A stretch of 64,000 nucleotides of DNA from positions 29,419 to 93,418 of IMG/VR virus record IMGVR_UViG_3300033073_001657; one strand, given 5' to 3'. The notes below the pieces were generated by a model. It made no database searches and was not told where the DNA came from. It saw only the letters and a list, made by a program, of their open reading frames with translations. Made by a program: the position numbers and the translations under genes. Below, piece by piece: positions 38,753-47,530 of this stretch; the stretch's first letter is position 1; each line of letters opens with the position of its first letter. This stretch comes from a virus. Its lineage: Duplodnaviria; Heunggongvirae; Uroviricota; Caudoviricetes.

Positions 38753-38769
38753 TAAAATAATTTAGAATA

Positions 38770-39156
38770 ATGGATATATTAGTAGACTTCGATGGGACTT
38801 GCACGACACATGACTTTCCAAAGGTAGGTAAAGAAATTGGCGCACCTGAAGTATTGAGAGACTTAGTATTAGCAGGACATAGACTAATCTTGTTCACCAT
38901 GCGTAGCGATACAAGTCAAGGTAATTATCTAAAGGACGCAGTTCGCTGGTTTGAAGAACAAGATATCCCACTATATGGGATTCAAGAAAATCCTACTCAA
39001 AAGGCATGGACAAGTTCGCCTAAGGCTTATGGCCAACTAATCATTGATGATATATGTTTAGGCATTCCGTTAATGGTGGATCCTGAACTATCAGACAGAC
39101 CCTTTGTTGATTGGGCAAAATGTCGAATCTTAATGGAGGAGTCAGGAATTCTTTAA
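38770..39156 (+). CDS. small HAD-like phosphatase
   Basis: VDFDGTC matches the DxDGT motif. Confidence 0.5.
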   Translation: MDILVDFDGTCTTHDFPKVGKEIGAPEVLRDLVLAGHRLILFTMRSDTSQGNYLKDAVRWFEEQDIPLYGIQENPTQKAWTSSPKAYGQLIIDDICLGIPLMVDPELSDRPFVDWAKCRILMEESGIL

Positions 39157-39479
39157 TCTCTGAACTTTCCTGGAAAAATGCGTCTCCATTCATGACCTTT
39201 AGGAACGTCCTTTGTTCTTACTCCAAAGATTTTCTTTTCAGATTGACGACATGCATCTTCACCATTCCATTTGAATCCATTACGACAGGCCCAACCTTTA
39301 ATAAAAGGAATTTGTAAAGGTTGTCCAGTAACAAAAGGAAAGATAATTCCACTATTGTTTTCGATCTCCTCGATCTTACCGTGACGAATTTTTAGTATAA
39401 TCTCACGACCCATTCTAGAAGTCATGATTATCTCTTCTTCACGTTGCCAGCTTTCAAATAATTGAATATATTGTTTCAT
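39153..39479 (-). CDS. hypothetical protein, CTS-like N-terminus (MKQYIQLFESW)
   Basis: 108-aa ORF. Confidence 0.45.
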   Translation of the reverse strand: MKQYIQLFESWQREEEIIMTSRMGREIILKIRHGKIEEIENNSGIIFPFVTGQPLQIPFIKGWACRNGFKWNGEDACRQSEKKIFGVRTKDVPKGHEWRRIFPGKFRD

Positions 39480-39488
39480 GTCTTTGGA

Positions 39489-39821
39489 TTATACAATTGG
39501 TGTAACTGCTGCAACTAATTCATCGACTAGGTTACCTAAAAGAGTTGTATCGATTTCAGTCATGCTAATGATAAAGTCAGTCTTATCTGCATGATTTCCG
39601 GTACCTTTACCTAAATAACGAACGTCCATTCCATTAAAAATATGAATGACGTGATAATCAGTCAATACAACTTCTTCTGGTTTAAAAGTCAATACATGAT
39701 CTACAAATGCTTGTAAATTTGTTAAGGTATCTGATTTTACAGTACCGTTATTATCTTTTCCAATAATTTGTGAATCACCGAATCCAAATAGGTGAATTGT
39801 ATTAAATTGTGACATTGTCAT
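39489..39821 (-). CDS. hypothetical protein
   Basis: 110 aa. Late box at 39828-39845. Confidence 0.5.
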   Translation of the reverse strand: MTMSQFNTIHLFGFGDSQIIGKDNNGTVKSDTLTNLQAFVDHVLTFKPEEVVLTDYHVIHIFNGMDVRYLGKGTGNHADKTDFIISMTEIDTTLLGNLVDELVAAVTPIV

Positions 39822-39840
39822 TAATTATTTTTATTATTTA

Positions 39841-39877
39841 TCTCATAAAACAACAAAGGATCCCTTTCGAGATCCTT
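39841..39877 (-). terminator. rho-independent terminator for ORF 39900-40655
   Basis: Stem aaggatc / gatcctt followed by a T-run on the minus strand. Confidence 0.55.
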
Positions 39878-39899
39878 CATTAGAGCCTGACTTTAAAAT

Positions 39900-40655
39900 T
39901 TAGATAGGAGTTCCGCAATTAGGGCAGAACTTCCAGCTTGATTTTTTGTGACGTGAACCACAATTGGTGCAATAGTTTCTGATTTCTTTTACCTCCACCG
40001 GTTTTTGAGATTCCGGTAATATCTGCATGTGAACAGTATGACACGTCCAAGCGTTATATGTAGAATCGTCATTAGTGAATCCTTGATCTGAACTTTCTCC
40101 CTTTTCAGCACGACCAGTCTCAAAAGAATCTAGGGTAACTGATGAAGTAGTAATTGAACTGTTCTGACCAATAATATCACTTGATATTCCAAGTGAAGAT
40201 GTAAAGTAGACTTGATTGTGAGTCGTTCCTCCATAAACCGGCTGACTCGTAGAGTCGTATGTCCATGTGCTAGTTGGCATGATATTCAAGTTCGGTCGAG
40301 ATGTCGACTCCTCATAGAATTCCACCCTTACTTTTCCGTTCTCACTGACCGCTTTTTTAGCCTCCTTTGAGTTTTCTATCTCATATGTCTCGAATAAGAA
40401 CTTTTTAGGTTCATCGATCCATCTCTCTAGGAAGACTCTTTGTCCTGGTTTAAGTACTATTCCTGCATTGGAGATTGCAACTCCATCTAGAAAGATCTTA
40501 GCTAAGACTTTTGTTGTTTTTGGATTAAAGAGCTCGATCTCAAAGTGAGTCGCGTTCTTTAAATAGATTTTTTCGCCATATTGTTTTAAGCGATTTCTGT
40601 TTACTGCAATATTTGCAGTTGGACTTGAGTAGCCCGTGATGTTTGTAAAGTACAT
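39900..40655 (-). CDS. hypothetical protein with C-terminal zinc ribbon
   Basis: 251 aa. The C-terminus carries CTNCGS...CPNCG. Confidence 0.5.
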   Translation of the reverse strand: MYFTNITGYSSPTANIAVNRNRLKQYGEKIYLKNATHFEIELFNPKTTKVLAKIFLDGVAISNAGIVLKPGQRVFLERWIDEPKKFLFETYEIENSKEAKKAVSENGKVRVEFYEESTSRPNLNIMPTSTWTYDSTSQPVYGGTTHNQVYFTSSLGISSDIIGQNSSITTSSVTLDSFETGRAEKGESSDQGFTNDDSTYNAWTCHTVHMQILPESQKPVEVKEIRNYCTNCGSRHKKSSWKFCPNCGTPI

Positions 40656-40834
40656 AGTTTACCTGTTATTTTTATAAGCAGACGTCTTCGCGGCACAAAC
40701 CGCTCAAAAGTTATAAACTCAACGCCGACTAGAGTGTCAGGCTCTATTAATATTTAACTATAATTTTTACAATAGTTTTAAAGATAATTATTTCTTTAGT
40801 ACAATATTACTATTGTCTAACTAAAATAAAAATT

Positions 40835-41155
40835 ATGAACTTTAACAAAGTAGTGATTGCTCGAAGTTTAAAGCCAATCATCAACGTAGTCATTCTAGTT
40901 TCGATCTCGACAGCTGCGTTCCAATTGGGAGGCATGTATGCCACTTCGAAAAAGAAAGAGGTTAAACAAGAAAACCCTTATGCTCATGCATTTTCTCCTG
41001 AGGAGATCTCAATTGCGGTCAACGAAAGCAATGAATTGATCATGATTGAGAGAGCGACTGGAAAGTACATCGTATATTCGGACAAGATCGGTCAGACCAT
41101 CTTTGGAATGTATGCTAATCGTATTCACCAAGAAGTGACTGATGCTGGTAAATAG
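40835..41155 (+). CDS. membrane protein (holin/lysis-accessory candidate)
   Basis: One transmembrane helix. It lies immediately upstream of the transglycosylase and overlaps it. Confidence 0.35.
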   Translation: MNFNKVVIARSLKPIINVVILVSISTAAFQLGGMYATSKKKEVKQENPYAHAFSPEEISIAVNESNELIMIERATGKYIVYSDKIGQTIFGMYANRIHQEVTDAGK

Positions 41156-41669
41156 TATTAAAATCGGTATTGTGGTGGGAGCTTTTGCTGTCACCGCTCT
41201 CACCGTTACTGAACCGGAAGTGCCTCAAAAACAAGAGGTCCGTATTCCGGCGAGTATCGATCAAGGTTCTCCTCCATGCATACAGATGTACAGATACATT
41301 AAAGAATACGCAGATACTTTCGATATCCCTATTCGATATGCATTTGGAATAGCTTATGCTGAGACTCGATACGATGGTCCTTTTCATTGGAAGTACAATC
41401 CAGCCCAAACAAGTTCAGCCGGCGCAGTAGGTCCGATGCAAGTGATGGTAGCTACAGCTAGATACGTTAATCGAGATGGGGTCTCAAAGGACTATTTGAG
41501 AACCAATATAAAATACAATGTATATACTTCAATGAAACTCTTACGTCGTCTCTATAACTTACGAGGTAATTGGAAAGTAGTATTTGGAGAGTATAACACA
41601 GGTCGGCCGTGCATAAACGAATACGCTGAGCGTGTGTACAACCATAAAATAGATTGGGAACTAAATTAA
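41142..41669 (+). CDS. lytic transglycosylase (SLT domain) with N-terminal signal-anchor
   Basis: IAYAETRYD...SSAGAVGPMQV matches the SLT signature ES...S.AGA.GLMQ. An N-terminal transmembrane segment is present. Confidence 0.65.
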   Translation: MLVNSIKIGIVVGAFAVTALTVTEPEVPQKQEVRIPASIDQGSPPCIQMYRYIKEYADTFDIPIRYAFGIAYAETRYDGPFHWKYNPAQTSSAGAVGPMQVMVATARYVNRDGVSKDYLRTNIKYNVYTSMKLLRRLYNLRGNWKVVFGEYNTGRPCINEYAERVYNHKIDWELN

Positions 41670-41676
41670 ACACATA

Positions 41677-42054
41677 ATGCAAGAAAAAGCAACTCAAATT
41701 CTTGGTTGGAACGGAGCGATGCTCTCCGGCTCCAAATCAGGATACATTCAAAGAAACCCAAAAAACATGGCAATCTTTAATTCGAATGTTATCGCAATGG
41801 GCAGTCAACCTGAAAAAATCTGGTATGGAGATCTTGATGTGACTATGAGCTTAGAGAAACTAAAGACCTTAGCTGAAACTATTGGAACTGAAGTGAGAGT
41901 TCTACGCGAAATGGACGCTCGATTCGAATATGAAGAGAAGCCTAACGTGAAAAAGTTTGTGATTAGTGTTCAACCTGATGGCTCATATGAACTAGGTAAT
42001 TTCGAAAAGGATTATTATTTACACGAAAGCTTAACTCGAAAAGACGATGAGTGA
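41677..42054 (+). CDS. hypothetical protein
   Basis: 125-aa ORF. Confidence 0.45.
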   Translation: MQEKATQILGWNGAMLSGSKSGYIQRNPKNMAIFNSNVIAMGSQPEKIWYGDLDVTMSLEKLKTLAETIGTEVRVLREMDARFEYEEKPNVKKFVISVQPDGSYELGNFEKDYYLHESLTRKDDE

Positions 42055-42421
42055 AATACATTTTAAATTAGATTCAATAACTCGAATCACACTGGTAAAA
42101 AGAAAGCCTAGTGAATATTATTGGGCATCATCTCGCCCAGAAAAAAGAACTTTTTTCGGTTTAATCGTATCACAGAAAGCTTTACCTGCAGGCTGGGCTT
42201 ATAACAAAGATGATCGGACAGAATTAAAAGATATTCTAAAGTACAAGTGGTATGGTTTTGATGAATCTAAGAATGAGATCTACATTAAACCCCTAGTCGA
42301 AATAAGATTGCTTGAAAAAGGAGAAATCGGTCAGCGTTTTAATTCAGACGAAGAAGCCATTGCATGGATCGATGATGTCATTGCTCAAGCTAAACATAAA
42401 TTTGTTGTAATAGGTCGATAA
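42047..42421 (+). CDS. hypothetical protein
   Basis: 124-aa ORF. Confidence 0.45.
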   Translation: MSEIHFKLDSITRITLVKRKPSEYYWASSRPEKRTFFGLIVSQKALPAGWAYNKDDRTELKDILKYKWYGFDESKNEIYIKPLVEIRLLEKGEIGQRFNSDEEAIAWIDDVIAQAKHKFVVIGR

Positions 42422-42530
42422 AATAATCAGTGTTCTATGAATAATAAATTAGCAGTCGTTTACACAATCCTCTGGTTCGTAGTAGTTGTGATTATTGCAC
42501 TAATCGTAACTTAATAAAATTTGTAAAAAG

Positions 42531-42929
42531 ATGAAAGTAAGCTTTGATTTCGACGGTACTCTACGCCGATCTGACGTACAAAAATATGCAAAGGGTCTAG
42601 TGGAAGAGGGTCATGAAGTATGGATCGTTACTACTCGAACCTCTACTGAAGACATACTTGCGAGAGACTGGCACTGGTGTAAAGATCAAAATATTATTCT
42701 TTTCGAGATAGCCGAGTCCTGTGGAATACTTAAGGAACACATTGTCTTTACTGACCATCAAGATAAGATACATTTTCTTAAAGGTAAGGGTTTTGCTTTT
42801 CACTTAGACGATGATGTCGATGAACTCATGAAGATATCTGAAGGTAGAGATCCATGCCGACCAGTAAATGTAGAACATTTTGAATGGAAAGAGAGATGTG
42901 CAGGAGTTCTTAGTAAAACAAATGATTGA
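42531..42929 (+). CDS. small HAD-like phosphatase
   Basis: FDFDGTL matches the HAD motif. Confidence 0.5.
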   Translation: MKVSFDFDGTLRRSDVQKYAKGLVEEGHEVWIVTTRTSTEDILARDWHWCKDQNIILFEIAESCGILKEHIVFTDHQDKIHFLKGKGFAFHLDDDVDELMKISEGRDPCRPVNVEHFEWKERCAGVLSKTND

Positions 42930-43152
42930 TTGTAAAATAAAAATTATGGGAAAAAATAGAAGTAATGAATTGTTAGAATCTTTACTGGGACTAACCAAAG
43001 AAGAGGGTTTAAAATTATGTTCAGAAAATGACTATATTGTTAGAGTTAAAAGAGAAGATTCTAACCATTATAGTATCAACTTGGACTATCGTTTTAATAG
43101 AATTAATTTGGAATTAGATAAGGGAATAATAACTAAATGTAATATTGGTTAG
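42880..43152 (+). CDS. hypothetical protein
   Basis: 90-aa ORF. Confidence 0.35.
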   Translation: MNGKRDVQEFLVKQMIDCKIKIMGKNRSNELLESLLGLTKEEGLKLCSENDYIVRVKREDSNHYSINLDYRFNRINLELDKGIITKCNIG

Positions 43153-43213
43153 TTATTTTATTACATATAACAGTTGCAAATTAGCTTCTCGCTAGATTTA
43201 GTATAATTATCAC

Positions 43214-43795
43214 ATGGAAGAATACATTCGTAAGGGCAATCATCACATCGCAGTGTTCATGGAAGATTTCTATGATACTGGATTAGAACCTTCATATTAC
43301 ATTCGTAAGAATAAAGAGTATAAGATTGAGGAAGCTCAATACCATTCTTCTTGGGAATGGCTCATGACTGTCGTTGAAAAGATCGAAGAGCTTGGATTTC
43401 GAGTCTATCTTGCAAAGGAATCTTGTCAGATCTATAAAAAGTATTGCGACTTTCCAGATAACTTTATTATCGATGCAGACTTTAAATGGGACAGGTTGGA
43501 GAATGCATTTGATGGGATCTCTGCATTCGCAGAATGGTGGGAACGTAAAGGACGAAAACAACCAGCTTTAAAAAAGTATTCAGAGCTTCATAAAGAAGTT
43601 GATGAATTCATCGATCAGTGGTTACTTGAAAAGGTTCGTTATCGAGAGGAAGAAGTATTTGAGACTGAACCTCGTCCAGGACTGATCAGAAAATGGCATC
43701 CTGTACATCCAAAGGGAAGTTCAAATAGACCATTCCTTGAAGAGAAGATGAGAGCTGATTTAATCTCAATGTTTAAATTAAAATCTGAAAAATAG
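43214..43795 (+). CDS. hypothetical protein
   Basis: 193 aa. The TAGTATAAT box at 43199-43209 lies upstream. Confidence 0.5.
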   Translation: MEEYIRKGNHHIAVFMEDFYDTGLEPSYYIRKNKEYKIEEAQYHSSWEWLMTVVEKIEELGFRVYLAKESCQIYKKYCDFPDNFIIDADFKWDRLENAFDGISAFAEWWERKGRKQPALKKYSELHKEVDEFIDQWLLEKVRYREEEVFETEPRPGLIRKWHPVHPKGSSNRPFLEEKMRADLISMFKLKSEK

Positions 43796-43807
43796 TATAA
43801 TATACAC

Positions 43808-44413
43808 ATGAAGTTATACGTACCAGAAATCGGAGATCATATAATCTTAACTAAAGATTGGACATTTGATCTACATGCAGAGACTCGTAATGAACAATTA
43901 GGCGCACTCTTTGGTCACTACCTATCTAGTGCATATCGAGGCGGTTGGATTGAAGAAGAAATACTTCCTCGACTTAGACCACTCGACTATTCAATTAACT
44001 ATCCATCATATGATGATCCAAAGTTTCGTAAGAGGTTTGGAGGATTTGATAAGGAAGCATATGATCGAGCAAAAAAAGAAGCTGAAGATTCTTGTCCAGA
44101 ATTCGCGAAATATTGGGCAGACCATAAAGAATGGAATGATCGCGCTAATGAGATAATGAAGGAGAAACTTACAGTTACTATCCCAGCTGGCACGACGCTA
44201 GCCGTCGATCGAATCTATATTCGTAAGGGCGCTTCTGATTACTCATCGATCACGTTTTATGCAAAGCAATTGGGAGAAGTAACAATTCCAGGAAGCAGAT
44301 GGAGCTGGGGAAATCCCAAAGCAAAAAAGGTCAAAGCTCAGCGATTTTGGGCAAAATTGACTGACTGTAACACTATTGAATTTAAACTATTATCTCAAGA
44401 TGAAAAAAACTAG
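43808..44413 (+). CDS. hypothetical protein
   Basis: 201 aa. The TAGTATAAT box at 43793-43803 lies upstream. Confidence 0.5.
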   Translation: MKLYVPEIGDHIILTKDWTFDLHAETRNEQLGALFGHYLSSAYRGGWIEEEILPRLRPLDYSINYPSYDDPKFRKRFGGFDKEAYDRAKKEAEDSCPEFAKYWADHKEWNDRANEIMKEKLTVTIPAGTTLAVDRIYIRKGASDYSSITFYAKQLGEVTIPGSRWSWGNPKAKKVKAQRFWAKLTDCNTIEFKLLSQDEKN

Positions 44414-44696
44414 GAACCCAATAACTGAAACTGAGATATTCGTTTGTGAATGCCACTCCTTTGAGCATCAGATGAAATTCGTTCATGATAGTGAAGAAAA
44501 CTTGTTATATGTATATGTTCACTTAACTAAAGATAAGTTTTGGGCAAGATTAAAGAAAGGCATCAAATATATCTTTGGTCACTCTTCTCGCTTTGGAGAA
44601 TGGGATGAGTTCATTTTTCAAGAAAAAGACGAAGTTGCCTTGCGTGACTTTTTAAATCAAATCAAACGCAAAGAAGATGAAGACCCGCTCCCTTAA
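44376..44696 (+). CDS. hypothetical protein
   Basis: 106-aa ORF. Confidence 0.4.
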   Translation: MNLNYYLKMKKTRNPITETEIFVCECHSFEHQMKFVHDSEENLLYVYVHLTKDKFWARLKKGIKYIFGHSSRFGEWDEFIFQEKDEVALRDFLNQIKRKEDEDPLP

Positions 44697-44982
44697 AATG
44701 AAGATTGGAATCGTTGAATATAATTTCAGTGAGATTATCGACGAATGGGTCACAGCAGACTGTCGACTTGAGGCACGTGAGATTATTCGACACATGTTGA
44801 AATGGGATACTCGATATACGTATGCTCTACTTGTTGAGTTTATCATATATCATGAAAAAGGCATGGGAAGCATTGTATGCAGCCATCTTGATTTTATGAA
44901 ATCAAAGCTAGTAGACTTTGGAAAGATGAAAGCTGGAGGATGTTTCGGCTCTCCATTCACCAAACTAGAAGATGATGTTTAA
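44677..44982 (+). CDS. hypothetical protein
   Basis: 101-aa ORF. Confidence 0.4.
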   Translation: MKTRSLKMKIGIVEYNFSEIIDEWVTADCRLEAREIIRHMLKWDTRYTYALLVEFIIYHEKGMGSIVCSHLDFMKSKLVDFGKMKAGGCFGSPFTKLEDDV

Positions 44983-45665
44983 GAATTGACTGCTCTCATT
45001 TGAGAATCAGTTAACTCTACTGCGATGCATGCTTCTCCTTGTTGTTTAATCAAACGTTCCATATAAGGAATAGTGATCCATGCATGACCTCCTTGACCCC
45101 AAGATTGACCCCAAGAGTTTTTAATTCTAATTTTATTGGCTTTAGTATCGACTCCATTTAAGACGTATGCATGTCCTCCCATTAACTGACCAGTAGGTTG
45201 GATAAATCCAATCTGATTAGTATTCATCATGTTTGCATACCAATTAGTTCCTACGACCAGTGGTCCAGTCGTTAGAAGAGTATTTACGATCGTCTTAATA
45301 TCGAATGCCCAATAATAACTAGAAATTTTCTTAGCTGATCTTAAGTATTTTGCTGCTCCTCTAACTGAAGTGCCTTCATAATTTTCACCAGCCCATTCAT
45401 CAAGACGTTGAGCATTATCATATATAAGCTTTGGCGGAACGATTGGTGCAATTCCACCGTGTTCAACTGGTCCGTCTTCGATCCAATGCGCCCATGCATA
45501 ACCTACACAGTAAGGAGTTTCACCTTGATCTCCCCACCAGCCATTATCATTCCAGTAACGCTGTGTGTATTGAATAGTCTTATTGACTGGCAAGTGTTGC
45601 CTGATTAGATATTTTTTATCCCTAGCATCCGGTAGATAGACTCTATTTAGAGTAAAAGATGACAT
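44979..45665 (-). CDS. papain-like (C1 family) cysteine peptidase
   Basis: QGETPYCVGYAWAHW matches QGxCGSCWAF around the catalytic Cys. HAYVLNG...NSWGQSWGQGG matches the His and NSWG..WG..GY motifs. Confidence 0.65.
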   Translation of the reverse strand: MSSFTLNRVYLPDARDKKYLIRQHLPVNKTIQYTQRYWNDNGWWGDQGETPYCVGYAWAHWIEDGPVEHGGIAPIVPPKLIYDNAQRLDEWAGENYEGTSVRGAAKYLRSAKKISSYYWAFDIKTIVNTLLTTGPLVVGTNWYANMMNTNQIGFIQPTGQLMGGHAYVLNGVDTKANKIRIKNSWGQSWGQGGHAWITIPYMERLIKQQGEACIAVELTDSQMRAVNS

Positions 45666-45666
45666 A

Positions 45667-47163
45667 TTAAGAATTAAGTTTTATCCAAATCTCATAAGGA
45701 AGTAGAGCAGATTCACCAAGATATTTCTTACGAACTGCTTCGGCTGCTTCTCTTCCGCCCTTTTGATATGCGTCCAAGATACGATCATTAATCTCCTCTT
45801 GAGAAAGATTCTCATCTTCTTCTGGTTCAAACATAGATCCCGGTTCTTCTTCAATTTCAGGTGCGACCTGTGCAGGCCCCGGAGATCCTTGTTTTTGAGC
45901 AGCTTGATACGCCTCTTCAGCATCTAAGTTGTTGAGAGCCTCTTCTACCAAAGGATGAAATAACTCTTCTATTTTTGTTTGATCTTCACTTAATACTGTA
46001 TAAACGATCTTTAACATTTCTTTTGCATCCTCTTGATGAGAAACTGCAAGTAAACCAAATACCATCCAGAAGAGTCTTTCCTCAAAGGCTCCAAGCTCGT
46101 CCCAGTCTTCATCCGATTCAAGATTATTTCGATATCCTTCAAGTCTCTCATTTACATCAGGCTGAGAGGAGATTGCTCTATAAAAAGATTCTTGCATCTC
46201 AGGCCCATACTTAAATTCCTGTGCCTCATCAAGTAGAGTATCAGTATTTGATATTACTAAGTCGGCTCCTTCTCCATAGAGGTGTTCTAGGCTCAACTGT
46301 AAAGGAAGCTTATAGACTGCTTTAATTGCTTCGTGAATTAGAACTGACATGTCCACTCCTCGAGCAGTAATGCTTGCACCTATTCCCTGAACTAAGTCCG
46401 CAGCTGCTTCACTGTCTTCCAATGGAGACCCGTTCATGATTTCATCAATAAGATCTTCAGCAGATTTTTCTTTTTGTTCAGCTTCTTCATCAGACTTAAA
46501 ATTTTCTTTCTCTTCAAAATCGATTTTACAGGCACCAGCAGTTCCTCCACGTAATGCTCGCTTAATGAATTCCTCTGATAATCTCCAATCGTTAAATTGA
46601 CTGATGCTTGAAATCTTATTTAATACTTCAAGATATTCATCAGCTGCGTCTCCGATAATGCTGCGAACTCCATTTTTAAACATTGGCAAGTTTAAAATAG
46701 CTTTAGAGGTTAGACCTTTACCTTGTTGAATAGTTCTTAATATTTTACGTCTCTCGATCTCACTTAAAATTCTTTCATCATCGATAGATTCGATCCTCTG
46801 TTCGATGTTACTCTCGTCTGGAGTTTCTTGAATCATTTGACTTGCTTCCGGTCCAATCTTAAAACTAAGAGTGACATCATTAAGAAAACTTCCAAATAAC
46901 TTTATAAATGAATCTTCTGCAAGTTTTGATAAATCGTCTTCATGTCCTCTTTGGATCTGCTGTGATCTACCGATTAACTGGCCAAATCTCATAAGATCTT
47001 GGCGATTCTCTCTCTCGAAATTAGCCATTTTTGCCTCTTTCTCAGTGCTAGTCTTCTTTAGCCATGAGTTAGATTCATCTCCAGCTTCTCCTGGAATTCC
47101 TCTATTTCCTTCTAATGAAACTTCATTTAGGAAAGATTTAAAATCGCGTACCTTATTTTGCAT
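45667..47163 (-). CDS. large acidic virion/internal protein candidate with CTS (MQNKVRDFKSFLNE)
   Basis: 498-aa ORF. Confidence 0.6.
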   Translation of the reverse strand: MQNKVRDFKSFLNEVSLEGNRGIPGEAGDESNSWLKKTSTEKEAKMANFERENRQDLMRFGQLIGRSQQIQRGHEDDLSKLAEDSFIKLFGSFLNDVTLSFKIGPEASQMIQETPDESNIEQRIESIDDERILSEIERRKILRTIQQGKGLTSKAILNLPMFKNGVRSIIGDAADEYLEVLNKISSISQFNDWRLSEEFIKRALRGGTAGACKIDFEEKENFKSDEEAEQKEKSAEDLIDEIMNGSPLEDSEAAADLVQGIGASITARGVDMSVLIHEAIKAVYKLPLQLSLEHLYGEGADLVISNTDTLLDEAQEFKYGPEMQESFYRAISSQPDVNERLEGYRNNLESDEDWDELGAFEERLFWMVFGLLAVSHQEDAKEMLKIVYTVLSEDQTKIEELFHPLVEEALNNLDAEEAYQAAQKQGSPGPAQVAPEIEEEPGSMFEPEEDENLSQEEINDRILDAYQKGGREAAEAVRKKYLGESALLPYEIWIKLNS

Positions 47164-47425
47164 ATCTATCGTGTAAATTTTTGATCATCATCTTTCCTTC
47201 TGGAGTATCTTTAATATTTTCCAATTCTTGAAAGAATAAGTCAATCATTTCAGCATACTCAGCCATAGGTTTAGTCTTTTCCTTTTCGCTAGGTCTCTTA
47301 GTAGGAACTGGTCTAAATGGTCTAGTAACTGGCGGTGCAGTAACAGGAGGAGCAGTAGTCGGTTTAGTTTTAGTATCATCCATTAAGAACCTTTCGTTCA
47401 TAGTCTTGATGTGCTTTCTAGCCAT
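47153..47425 (-). CDS. hypothetical Pro/Thr-rich protein
   Basis: 90 aa. Late box ATAAATAACTAAAA at 47438-47454. Confidence 0.5.
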   Translation of the reverse strand: MARKHIKTMNERFLMDDTKTKPTTAPPVTAPPVTRPFRPVPTKRPSEKEKTKPMAEYAEMIDLFFQELENIKDTPEGKMMIKNLHDRYAK

Positions 47426-47437
47426 AAAAATAGATTT

Positions 47438-47454
47438 ATTTTAGTTATTTATCT
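47438..47454 (-). promoter_or_regulatory. late-type promoter box (GATAAATAACTAAAA on - strand)
   Basis: Recurrent motif. Confidence 0.45.
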
Positions 47455-47530
47455 CCATATTTAGATCAAACCGAAAAAGAAAGAGTACAATCTTTAAGAT
47501 AAATAAGTCTATAAAACAGTTTATTTTATT

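Noticed and set aside
38327-38769. Whether the ORF-free GC-richer island is a tmRNA or an RNase P RNA
   Set aside because: There are no tRNA-like ends (no GGUUCGAAUCC T-arm, no CCA-proximal acceptor pairing) and no ...ALAA tag reading frame. The CR-I/CR-IV RNase P consensus blocks are absent. It is kept only as an unclassified ncRNA candidate.
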